From Octopus bimaculoides (taxonomy: Eukaryota), in assembly GCF_001194135.2 (NCBI RefSeq), contig NC_068984.1, positions 46,211,770 through 46,275,769 on the forward strand: 64,000 bases of DNA. Direction: 5' to 3'. The translations under genes and the position numbers were made by a program. Below are positions 1 through 11,989 of the stretch, one piece after another. A model generated the notes under the pieces. It was not told the origin of the DNA. It made no database searches and saw only the letters and a program-made list of their open reading frames with translations. Each line of letters begins with the position of its first letter. Position 1 is the first letter of the stretch.

Positions 1-222
1 ATATATATATATATATATATATATATATACGTGGTCTGATCAATAAATACCCGAACTCTTGCCGCAGTAACGAAGCTAAAGCATGCAGAGAAAAGCCACT
101 TGGCACAGATTGATCTGAGCTCCGCTGTGCATGCTCACTATGTTTTAACGTCCTAGCTCACTTCTGCTGTTTTCAACAGTGGTTAGAAGGAACGTGTGTG
201 GCGTGTGATTATCGCATTGAAC

Positions 223-325
223 ATGACAGAGAAAATTTAGCAGAGAATCTGCACCAATTTTTTTCAAATGCTTGGCGACACTTGCTCAGAGGCCTACGCA
301 AAGTTTTCAAAAAGTATTCGTCATT
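223..325 (+). pseudogene. Second mariner transposase N-terminal remnant (left arm)
   Basis: MTEKI*QRICTNFFQMLGDTCSEAYAKFSK resembles a mariner N-terminus (EQRxCIKF...ETYAKL). It contains an in-frame stop. Confidence 0.7.
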
Positions 326-711
326 CTAGATACAATCAAAAAAATATTGTACAACTGAAACCCGAGTGTCATTTTGGTCAGTTGAAAGCAGTTTTAGCAC
401 AAACTTGGCAGACACGTGTCTCATACCCAAATCTTCAGTGATAATGGATTGAATTGAATCGTAAGAAATCTGCACATTCTCTGATAACTCACGGATAGTG
501 ATTCGACGATTTCCACTCACAGCTGCACGCACATCTGTGATGTTTCTCTCAGTTCTGCTGGTTGTGGGTCTCCCAGAACGTTCGCCAATATGGACAATTT
601 TTCGGCCATCTTGGAAACAATTGAGTCACTCGTACACTTGTGTGTGGCACCCCTCTCCATACGCTTTCTGCAACTTTGCGTAGGTCTCACCATGACGACT
701 TTCTCTGTCAT
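326..711 (-). pseudogene. Mariner transposase N-terminal (HTH) remnant
   Basis: Hand translation: MTEKV...ETYAKLQKAYGEGCHTQVYE*LNCFQDGRKIVHIGERSGRPTTSRTERNITDVRAAVSGNRRITIRELSENVQISYDSIQSIITEDLGMRHVSAKFVLKLL. This has the typical mariner RSGRP motif, second HTH and a degenerate WVP-like (FVLKLL) linker. It carries an in-frame stop and a deletion, and there is no DD34D domain. Confidence 0.85.
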
Positions 712-1086
712 GTTCAATGTGATGATCACACACTAAACGCGTTCCTTCCAAGCACTACCGTAAACAACGGAAGTGAGCTAGAAAATTAAAACTTAATGCG
801 CATGCACAGCAGAGTTGAAGGTCAATCTTTGCCAAGCAGCTTTACACTGCCTGCTTTAGCTTCACTGCTATGGTAAGAATAAGGATACTTCTTGATCAGA
901 CTTCGTATATACATGCATCATCAGAAGGGGATAACAATTCACTGATCACAAATACGGAGAGATTTGGTGTCGTTTGATGTCAAGGAGTTGTCTGTCTGTC
1001 TACCTCTCCACAAGTCTGATCTCTGTTTCTTTGTGCGTGAGTGTTCATGTTGAACTGTTAAACCCTACACATTTTCTCTCTCTCCG

Positions 1087-1128
<42 letters not shown>

Positions 1129-2646
1129 AAATAGTAAATGAGTATATGCATATGTATGTATATGTACGTTTTCCATTCATTAGACAGAGGGTGTAATTGT
1201 GGCAAAATAGTTATAAAATAATTAATTAGAACACGCATATCCTTTTATAGGTTCTTTTAGTTTTCAGCATTAAGTTAAATACTTTCTTCTAAAATTACTA
1301 CCATTGCAACACTCATGTATCTGTTTTCTGTCAGCCTGTCTGTCATCATCAATGTATATATGTGTGTATGATGTATGTGTATATGCATGTATTATGTATA
1401 TATGTGATAGTGTATCTCTTTGTGAAATATTTTAGAAGAATTTAGTGGTTTAAATATATTGGCTTTTTCTTGCTCTCGCGATTCTTTTATTCTTCGATCC
1501 ATCCCACTCTCGATTATTAAGCGCACGCAGCACACACACACAGATGTACACACACACACAGACACACACACACACACACACACGCAAGCACAAACACACA
1601 GAAACACACACACACCTACACGCGCGCAGAAAACACACACACGCACACACAAACACACACACACAACATACATACACCCCCACCCCCACCACCACACACA
1701 CTTATAAAAACTTATATCGCTTATATAAGCATATATCAAGAGTTTATGTGTGCGTGTGTTTGAGTGGGCAGCTTTGTGAATGCCTGCAAGTAGAGTCATT
1801 TTGAATTATATTTATCAAATGCGCATGGGAAATGAAAGTTTGCTGCTCTTAAATCTGACGTCATAGCAATGTGGGCTATATGTAGGCAACCTTGTCACTA
1901 TTAAGATGGGAATGAAGATTGTTTTGTTTTTGACCTGTATGTATGTAAGCATGCATGTATTTGCGTGTGTACGTCCTCATATATGTACGAATAATTGTAT
2001 ATCTTCTGTCTCTCCCTCTCTCTCCCTCTCTCTCTCTATATATATAGGTATATATATTTATATCCCCACATATCTATGTATCTATCTAGCCATTGAGCTA
2101 CCAAATATTCTTAGCTATATAGATAATTTCTCATGGGATGGTATCTTGATATATATATGTATATGTATATATATATAGTCTGAACTCTTGCCTCGAAACT
2201 AAAATTCACTCAAAAAGATTGTCAGATAGATAGACATCTATAAAAATATCTAGCAAATTCTCTGAAGCTTATAAAAGTAAATATGATGAAAAATTCTGAT
2301 TATACGTATATGCACATACAAATATTTGCGTGTGCAAGTACTTTTCTGTGATTTCATACAGTTGTCCTTCCCGCCATCTTCGTTCCTTTCTTACTGTATT
2401 TTTTTGTCCGTATGTGTCTTCTTTTGTCCGCCTCTCTCTGTCCAACACAAGCTAGTTCTCTGTCCAACACCCACGCTAGTTCTCACACACACATGTGTGT
2501 GAATATGTGTGTGTATGTGTATAACAGAAAAGATACATATAGTTTAACTATGCCTAATGTGCTGTAGGTTTACAGCTTGATATAATAGTTGTTCATCATG
2601 GCGATATTGAGGAACACCTACATACATACATAGATACATGCATGCA

Positions 2647-2687
<41 letters not shown>

Positions 2688-2904
2688 GTGTGTATATGGG
2701 TGAATGTATAATCTATGATTATATTTGTTTTCATCATAGCTTATATCACATTATTTCTACTGTGGTCTGTAATGAAGCATGTTATAAAAAATTGCAATGA
2801 CTTATGGTGGAAAATAATTTGCATAGAATGTAGTAATATTCTCATAAAATCTGTCAAGCTAGGACAAGAGATAATACAAGGCTATATCAATGATATATAT
2901 ATAT

Positions 2905-3323
2905 TCTTTTATTCTTTTACTTGTTTCAATCATTTGACTGGAGCCATGCTGGAGTAGAGTCTTTTAGTCGAAGAAATCGACCCCTGGACTTATTCTTTGT
3001 AAGCCTGGCACTTATTTTATTGGTTTTTTCTGCTGAAACGCTATGTTGCGGGGATGTAAACATACCAACATAGGTTGTCAAACGAAGAGGTGGTGGTAGA
3101 GGATATAAACAAACACAAAGACACACAAATAAACATATACATATATATATATATATATATATACGACGGACTTCTTTCAGTTTTTGTCCACCATATTTGC
3201 TCACAAGGTTTTGGTCGGTTCGAGGCTACAGCAGAATACACTTGCTCAAGGTGTCACGTAGTAGGAATGAACCTGGAACCATGTGGTCGGGAAGCAAGCT
3301 TAGTACCACACAGCCACGCCTGT
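2905..3323 (-). mobile_element. tRNA-derived SINE, family A (internal microsatellite)
   Basis: The minus-strand head GGCGTGGCTGTGTGGTAC...GGTTCCAGGTTCA has pol III A/B-box-like motifs. It is followed by CCTTGAGCAAGTG, an internal (AT)n/(GT)n tract and the 3' part ...GTCGATTTCTTCGACTAAAAG...CAGCATGGC..CAGTCAAATGATTGAAACAAGTAAAAGAATA. The same architecture recurs at 40002-40545 and 14150-14337. Confidence 0.8.
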
Positions 3324-3431
3324 GGTTATATATATCTATAAGAGTAAATGTAATGACAAGCAAGTTAGGTAAGTCGATATACAAAAAATATTAAATACTT
3401 TTAATACAAAAAATATACATATGTATGCATA

Positions 3432-3702
3432 TAAAAAAGTCCGACTTAAACAGAATAGAAATTATATCAGGAATTAAAGGAGCTGAGGAAGAGTTTTACG
3501 AGTCTAACAGCTGTTTCTGGGGCTTTGCTGGTCCAAAATAATGACTGTAACTTAATTCCATCATCGGATAACACCAGCCTCTGTCTTCAGAGAAGAATTT
3601 TACATTTTAGGTGCCGACAGAATGGAGTTCAAAGATGGAAACAGAAACAAATTCTCTAATTCCTGATATCATCTCTATTCTGTGTAAGTCGGACTTTTTT
3701 TA
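3432..3702. mobile_element. ~270-bp unit bounded by 44-bp inverted repeats, containing a decayed hammerhead-like motif on the minus strand
   Basis: AAAAAAGTCCGACTTAAACAGAATAGAAATTATATCAGGAATTA (from 3433) versus the reverse complement of ~3657-3700, AAAAAAGTCCGACTTACACAGAATAGAGATGATATCAGGAATTA: 41 of 44 positions match. Confidence 0.7.
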
Positions 3703-5783
3703 AATGTATACATATGCACATTTTTTTGTATTAAATGTATTTGATATTTTTTGCCTAACTTACTTGTCCTTACCTTTAATCCTCTACCTGCTCATGTTCA
3801 AATCTCTTGTGGACTACGAAGTCTATTCTATACAGAGAATACATGTCTCTAATCTATATATATATATATATATATNNNNNNNNNNNNNNNNNNNNNNNNN
3901 NNNNNNNNNATATATACATATATACGTACATAGATATATACATACACACACTCACACGAACACACACACGCACATTCACATATATATACTTAGTTGATTG
4001 ACAAGGTTAAAGTTGATTTCATGCAAAAATATCTCAGCATTTATCTAGCCTACTAGAACGGTGGTACTCGACTCCATCTTGAATGAGAATACACTCGACT
4101 GCAAGGGATTTTGGGATAAAAAAATTATGGTAGGTAGCTAACTAATAAAGAAATATTAATCCACCAATATCGTTTAGCAGTCATTCTCACTGTTCAATAT
4201 TAGCGTATGTATGTATGTATACATATAATTATATATATGTATAATGTAAATACATATAGCTAACACGTAGCATATAATTTAAATTCATAAATGTCATATT
4301 TAATAGTTAAGAAACAAGCCATATTAGGACGAGGTCAACTGATTACCATATGATACTAGATGCATTTATTATTTTAAAATGAATCATTTTTTGTTACATT
4401 AACCAAGACTTTTCAGAATGTTATGCACTTCAAAATGCTTACAATGTACATACTGTAAATTGTAAGTTGATTTATATTGCTACATAAACAGTACCAACAA
4501 GATATGCATGGTTTATCGTATTAACCGTGATATTTTAATGCTGAATTTTAATTGCAACTAATTAAGTTGTGTTGGTCGATGTTTAATTTATATCATTTGA
4601 ATTAATCGTGTGAAGTATCATGGCATATGATGTCTTTGTTTCTATTCTTTTTATATAAGTACGTGAATTTCATTTATCTGCACTTGGTCTACTGATCTGC
4701 CAGAACATTTCCCCAAAATAACAATTTGATATTTTGTGAAAATACAGCACGCTAGTCCAGTAAATAACCGAACATTCACATAAGTCCAATAATTGATCGA
4801 ATATTCGTCTCGTATTGAGATTCAATATTTGCTTGTGATGAACAATTGTTAAGCAAATCGGAAATACAATCATTTTTCTTACATAAGCCGTATTACATCT
4901 ATTAAATTTTATAGCATAATATAAAATGGTTGATATACTGATAAATACAATGTAGTAAATATCATTGATGCTAGAATTAAATAATATATTGAGAGTAAAT
5001 CGATCACATTTTTGACGGTTGGAGAGATTTTTGAGAAATACAATTGTCTTTCTTTGAATTACTGTAAGTGTTTGTTCAAGTGTCATTAAAGCGCTGTCAT
5101 TTCTTCAAGTGTCGTGGAAATCAAAGCATCATTGATATCATGGATTGCATTGTATCATGTAGATATTATTGGGCCGTCTCTCTATAGCGTCATTTTGTAA
5201 AATAGCCTAATATAATTAATTCCAACATAGCACTTTCTTGCGTTTTGTTTGTTAGTTTATAATCCAGCAATATAGCATCTGTGATCGCGAATCTGCAGCA
5301 TTTGATAGTTTGCATTTAAATATCTTTGTCGGATAATACTGTTTTATATGTTTAACATTACTTGTGGTTTCTCAATTATTTATTTAAGCCTATTTCCAAA
5401 GAGAGAGAGAAGGTTACGAAAATAAAAGAAATCGCTGCCGTTACAGCAACACCTAAGGACGGCGTAATAATAGGATGTAAACTAATATTTATGCAATAAG
5501 ATCGTTGAAAGGAGATGCAGGATAACAGAATGGAACTGCTAAGCCTCATGAGTATTTGTGAGAGATATACAATAAGAGGAACCATCATAATAATTACAAA
5601 AATCATAGATAGTTGTCATTCATCAGCTGTAAATGTGTAACCCTGACAAGGAGAAAACTTATGACCAGAAGGAATGAGGGCCTATTCGACTGGCCATTGG
5701 GATGGCATCACTCAAGTGCTAAAACGATGCAAAGCGCATTGTGACTAGTGATGCATAACAAAATTCGATAGTCTGGGTGATCA

Positions 5784-5844
<61 letters not shown>

Positions 5845-6156
5845 CAAATTGAGAGAATTCATCAGGTAAAGTCCAGGTCACATATGTTCTCCTTGCTAGC
5901 AAGTGCGGGGAAGTAAAAGTCATTCTACGAGGGATACTGCACTAACTTCTCATCAGCCTAAGATACCTTAGAGTTATATAAAGATTATACTGTCATTATA
6001 TATATGTATTACCCAAGAAGGACTTCAGTTTGAACAATTTTCATGATGTTTCATATTTAGATGGTCTTGTTAAATTCATTCTGCTGTTAGACATATATAA
6101 ATCTTGGAATTAAATGGTTTTGATTTACTGCCAAATGACTTTTGACCAACCCTGTA

Positions 6157-6191
<35 letters not shown>

Positions 6192-6237
6192 AAGTAAAGT
6201 TGTGGAATACCGTACGAGTGGAAATTTTCAAACTTTC

Positions 6238-6281
<44 letters not shown>

Positions 6282-6382
6282 TTATATATGTTTGTATGTA
6301 TGTATGTATGTATGTATGTATATATCTATATATCTATNNNNNNNNNNNNNNNNNNNNNNNNNNNNNNNNNNNNNNNNNNNNN

Positions 6383-6422
<40 letters not shown>

Positions 6423-8563
6423 CACACACACCTAAATTTGTGTATCAATACTTTTACATTTGAATGTGGAAAGAAACTGAAAAAAATTTATTTTATGCCC
6501 ATTATTATAGAAGAAGATATTATATGTCTCACTACACTGAATATGGGTGAAGTGGAAGATATACTGCGCCAATAACTCCATTAATCTGTGCGTTAAACAT
6601 TTTAATTTATACAATTAAATTTAATAGATCTAATGACACTTATATAGGGCAAATGTGATTACGTTCGAATAACATACCAACTGTTCATCGCCAACAAATA
6701 TTGTAACCCTCTACCCGAAAAATATAAATCATATACTGGGGTTATGTACGTAAATGCATCTACAAAATAATTATCATATTGTAGAAACGTTCTCGCAGAA
6801 CGATAGACCAAGTGTGGATAAAAGAAGAAAACGTACTTAATATGATATAGAAGCAAAGTCTTAATTAAATATGATATGTCACGTGAATAAAATAAACAAT
6901 GTAAATTATACATCAACTAGAAGAAATAAGTTAATTAGTTGTAACTAAACTTGAAAATTTCGAAATACAATTACATCTTTTGAGATGCAATAAACTAAAT
7001 ATCTTCATACAATTTTACTTTATGCAACCATATAAATACAGCTTCCATTAACACCATTTAATCTGTAGATACTTTTTGAAGTTCACGATATTCTGAAACG
7101 TCTGGGTTAGTGTAACTACAAAATAATTCTTTCTAAAATCCTAGAAGTGCATTTTCACACTCGTTTATATTTTTAAATATGTCAACTTTTGCTGAAGAAT
7201 TTTATTTTCAGTGTGTGATTTTCTCTCTTATGCTTAGAAACACATATACACTTAAGCATACATACGTATTTTGTATGTAAGCATGTATGTATATGTATTA
7301 TGTACCTCTAACTATGACTGCAAAACACACATATATATGATTAAGATTTTATGTTTTACTTTACCGGCTTCTTCGGCCAAGTAGGTTTATGCGTAATTTA
7401 GAGCCCTGATCATCTCACAATTGTTAATACAACTGACCCACGAAACATATAGCCTTACGCCATTTCTGTATGTTTTGTCCTTTTCCATAAATTTATTAAC
7501 AATATTTGATTACAATCACGCACACGCGTACATATACACATATATGAGCTATGATAAGAGACACAGACAGAAATGGACAGATACGTAGATACATAGAAAG
7601 AATAATGATCTTACAACTCATTGATTATGAATAGCAGAAGGCAAATAGATGAAAGAATAATTGTTAAAGAATTAGATTCAAATGACTAGTAAATAGAAGA
7701 CTGAGCAGAAATATAAATGCATGTAAATATACAGAGAAACCATAACCTTATAGATTTTTCCAAAGTCCCCCCACCATCTGTTCTCTTCTTTTACTGCAAT
7801 TATATGTATGCATGCATATATATATATATATATANNNNNNNNNNNNNNNNNNNNNNNNNNNNNNNNNNNNNNNNNNNNNNNNNNNNNNNNNNNNNNNNNN
7901 NNNNNNNNNNNNNNNNNNNNNNNNNNNNNNNNNNNNNNNNNNNNNNNNNNNNNNNNNNNNNNNNNNNNNNNNNNNNNNNNNNNNNNNNNNNNNNNNNNNN
8001 NNNNNNNNNNNNNNNNNAAACAGATAGGAAGATAGATACTCATGCCGTTAGATCTACAGTTAATTAGACTTATAATAGTTGGGTTACTTATAAAAGTAAA
8101 ACAAAGAAATAACAAATACACAAATATACAACGGTAAATAAGCAGAAAAAATACAATTATATATAAAAACGTAGACATATAGACAGATAGTTAACTGTCC
8201 GAAAACTGATATTTTGCTTCTTTCCTTCATCTCCTCCCTCTGTCTGGTTACATTGCTGCTAGGAATATAACGTCACAATTCTCACGAAGTGGCAAATCTC
8301 TGTAATATTCTAATTGCAGATTCGCAACTTCGGGAAAAAATGACAATAATCATGAAACTTCTGTTGCTGCTGTCCATCTCCTGCCATCAAACTTCCTTTG
8401 TCATCCTTCTTGTCATTGTTGTTGTTGTTGCTGTTGTTATTGCTGCTGGTGGTATTGTTCTTGTTTTTGATGAAATGGTATCACATATACAAAAATAATT
8501 TCATAGAAAGATATCACAAGCAGAAAAAAAGAATAACGATGATGACATACACATGCACAAACA

Positions 8564-8623
<60 letters not shown>

Positions 8624-8814
8624 GACACACACACACAAGAAAAAAAAAACACTCTCATACTTGCAAACACAAAAAAACACACATTTACGCATGTCTATCT
8701 ATTTATCTATCTATGTATATCTATGCCTCTCTATATAAATATGTGTGCGTGTGTGTATGTATGTGTTTGTTGTATGTGTGTGAATGTATGTAAGTGTGCA
8801 TGTTTCTGTGCGTA

Positions 8815-9027
8815 GTATTTTGCATCGAAGAGAACGAGATCTCAAACGATTACATGCGTATTTATACTGAATACGTTCAGATAGGTTTGGAAGCAAAATA
8901 TGTTGGTCACTGTACCTATATGTACAATAATGCGATAAGCATAAATTGCGTCCGAACCTGCCTGGACGTACTCAGTATAAATATGCATGTAATGGTTTGA
9001 GATCTCGCTGTACACGATGCAAGATAC
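8815..9027. mobile_element. Palindromic MITE-like element
   Basis: Arms of about 88 bp (8815-8902 and ~8940-9027) are roughly 80% complementary (shared core CGAGATCTCAAAC.ATTACATGC.TATTTATACTGA.TACG), with a spacer of about 35-40 nt. Confidence 0.75.
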
Positions 9028-9368
9028 ACAATACTGTGTCATGCAGAATACTTATGCAAATGACAGTCATTATATGTCTCAGTGTATGTGTATGCGCGCG
9101 TGTGTGCGTGTGTGTACATGCATATATTCACTTATTTATGTAAATACCATACATGGGATATACACAGTAATTTATAAATACATAATATATACATAATCAT
9201 ACGTACAGACACACAAGCACACACGCACACTCATGCACATATATGAATGTAAATGTTAGAGAAAACTGTTGCTACCGTGTCATGTATTTGACAGACAATA
9301 TTTAATGCTAACTTAGGGCGGCGAACTGGAAGAATCATTAACTCATTTGAAATATTTTTATTGCGAAA

Positions 9369-9586
9369 GGCGGTGAGCTGTCAGACACGTTAGCACGCCG
9401 GGCGAAATGCTTAGCGGTATTTCGTCTATCTTTAGGATCTCAGTTCAAATTCCGCCGAGGTCGACTTTACTTTTGATCCTTTGGAGGTGGATAAATTAAG
9501 TACCAGTTGCGTACTGTGGATCGATCTTATCGACTGGACCCTCCCCCAAAATTTCGAGCCGTGTGCCAAGAGTAGAAAAGAATATT
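9369..9586 (+). mobile_element. tRNA-derived SINE, family B, full length; preceded by a second isolated head fragment at 9317-9345
   Basis: GGCGGTGAGCTGTCAGACACGTTAGCACGCCGGGCG...CAGTTCAAATTCCGCCGAGGTCGACTTT...AGTAGAAAAGAATATT. Multiple related copies occur in the window (13070, 15772, 15950, 49566, 61647, 63800). Confidence 0.85.
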
Positions 9587-10225
9587 GCTAATTTGACGTC
9601 TGCTCTGTGACTTGATTTCACTTCAGTGTATCTCCGTTCACCTTGTCACTGAAACTACTCTTGCCGACGTTTCTCATCGCTTAGAGGGATGCACAATCCC
9701 TAACTCTCTTGGATTATATATATATATATATACNNNNNNNNNNNNNNNNNNNNNNNNNNNNNNNNNNNNNNNNNNNNNNNNNNNNNATATATATATATAT
9801 ATATATAAATGCAGGCTGGCACGCGAAAAGGTAGCTGTGTTCCGTAGCATGGTGTAAACGCAGAATTAAATCTACTTGTTTGCACGTACGTACACATTTA
9901 CACTATCTTATGAAACAAAGGGCTACTTTTTTCCTGCGCCTCCAAATATGTATATATAACACGCAAACTATTTGACTATCCACTAGAAATGATCATGTTT
10001 CGTTCTAGAACAATCCAGATTTTAATATATTTACCAATAGCTATATAAACTCACAAGTCTTCGATCTGTCAATCTGGTACTAGTTTCGTAAGTTCAAGCG
10101 CGCGAAACTCTCGGGTCTTGAGTCACTCTGTTCTGCTAAATATCAGTAAAAATATACATGTGCATATATATATATTCCCATATACAATTGAAATTTCATT
10201 CTGTGTCATAATGTCATTTTGTGAA

Positions 10226-10563
10226 GGCACATGACTCAGTGGTTAGAGCGTCGGGCTCACAATCATGAGGTAGTGAGTTCGATTCCCGGACCATGCTGTG
10301 TGTTATGTTCTTGAGCAAAATACTTTTTTTCACACTGCTGGAGTTCACTCAGCTGCAGAAATGAGTTGCGACGTCACTGGTGCCAAGCCGTATAAGCCTT
10401 TGCCTTTCCCTTGGATAACAATGTTAGTGTTGAGAGGGGACCCTGGTGTGCATGAGCAACGGTTGGTCTTCCATAGAACAACCTTTCCCGGACTTGTGCC
10501 TCAGAGGGTAACTTTCTAGGTGTAATTCCATGGCCATTCGTAACCGAAGGGCGTCTCTACCCT
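10226..10563 (+). mobile_element. tRNA-derived SINE, family C
   Basis: Head GGCACATGACTCAGTGGTTAGAGCG...GAGTTCGATTCCCGGACC has clear A and B boxes, followed by a ~270-bp non-tRNA body. A second copy is at 32228-32493. Confidence 0.85.
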
Positions 10564-11127
10564 AATGCTATGTTTCATAACAAGTTCGATACTAGAAAAT
10601 TATACAAACGTATTCATTAGGCTTCATGGTATACGCAAAATTGAGTAAACTAATGGAAAATGAGGTACCAATTCCTTCGAAATATATCCGTCAGATATTG
10701 ACAGATGTTCTACCTTAGTATCTCCCACGTATGCTTTGCGACAGATATGAGATCCTATTGCTTGTCATGTTCGTCCCCAAACAGTTATTATCACATATTA
10801 AACTCTGAGGCACTGATACGAACCCATGCACCCACGTACACACAAACGCATGTACCCATATACACACCGGTGTGCACTTATGTGTGTAGTGGGAGATGCG
10901 TGAAACGTGTGTTTGTGCGTGTGTGTGTTTGCGTGTGTTTATGTGCGTGTGTGTGCGTGCGTGCGCACACGTTGTGTCATATATGTAACTACATAATTAG
11001 ATAATCCATATAATGTTTTCATGCACGCAAACGAATGGATATTATTGATTTGCAGTATACATACATACATATATACACGCATGCATGTATATATAGACGC
11101 ATACTTATACACATATACACACGCACA

Positions 11128-11167
<40 letters not shown>

Positions 11168-11989
11168 GTACGTATATATGTATGCATTTCTGTATATATA
11201 TTGTGCGTATGTATGTGAGCAAAGGGAGGGAGAAAGTGGGCACAGGAGGAGAGAAAGTGATAAAATAGCTATCATATGGAAATGACAATAGAGAAAAAAT
11301 AATTGCATTAAGACATAAGCTAGTATGAGAAGTAAATTAGTTGATTAACGCTCAGAGAATATAGTCATTATTCTCACAGCCGTCAGCGTCGTACTGTCTC
11401 ACTCATGATGTAATAATACATTTGCACAAACTTAATCATTAGATATTCCCCTTTGCCCCAACACAAGTTCCTGCTATATGAACTTAACAGGCTAATACCA
11501 CGCTCTCCTGTTTATTTGTGTAATGTGCCATCTCTTTTCCGCTCTCCCTTCTCTCTCCCCCGTCCTATCGCTTCTTGCCTCTCACTGCCTCCTTCTCTTC
11601 CATCACTATGCAACTGTCAGTCTTGATATACATATACTTATATAGACAATGTTTACATATATTGCATCTATATCTGAAGGAAAGTACGCACACAAAAAGC
11701 AAATTCTTTTGTGAGAAGTAGGAAAGTGCTCAATACGTATTGTATCTTATAATTATCTGTATTTGACTGAGCCGTGTTCGGTTCAATGCATGTATATATA
11801 AACAGAAGCAAACATGCACGTGTATACATGTATGTATATATAATTTTTCAAATTAAACTCTGTAATCGTTACCAACGTAGCATAAGATTTCACCTCAAAA
11901 ATCATTAATTAGATTCCTTAAGGATCGCTCTCATTGTTTATATATCCAAAGTTTCAAATTTATACATTTAAAAAAGAGAGATTCAACAC

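Larger units (their letters stand above)
30..905. mobile_element. Mariner-derived non-autonomous fold-back element built from two inverted 5' ends
   Basis: The left end CGTGGTCTGATCAATAAATACC matches the reverse complement of the right end (CGAAGTCTGATCAAGAAGTATCC). TA flanks both sides (28-29, 906-907). Arm similarity continues for about 200 bp, through the transposase start ...CATTGAACATGACAGAGAAA on both arms. Confidence 0.85.

Noticed and set aside
4670-5086. 138-aa minus-strand ORF
   Set aside because: AT-rich, no recognisable motif and no convincing splice context; consistent with a chance ORF.
10266-10274. let-7-like TGAGGTAGT
   Set aside because: Only a 9-nt match inside a SINE head, with no let-7 3' half and no hairpin.
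10226-10300. tRNA gene (also the heads at 3250-3323, 9369, 13070, 32228)
   Set aside because: A/B boxes are present but the cloverleaf stems do not pair and each head continues into a shared non-tRNA body, so these are SINE heads.
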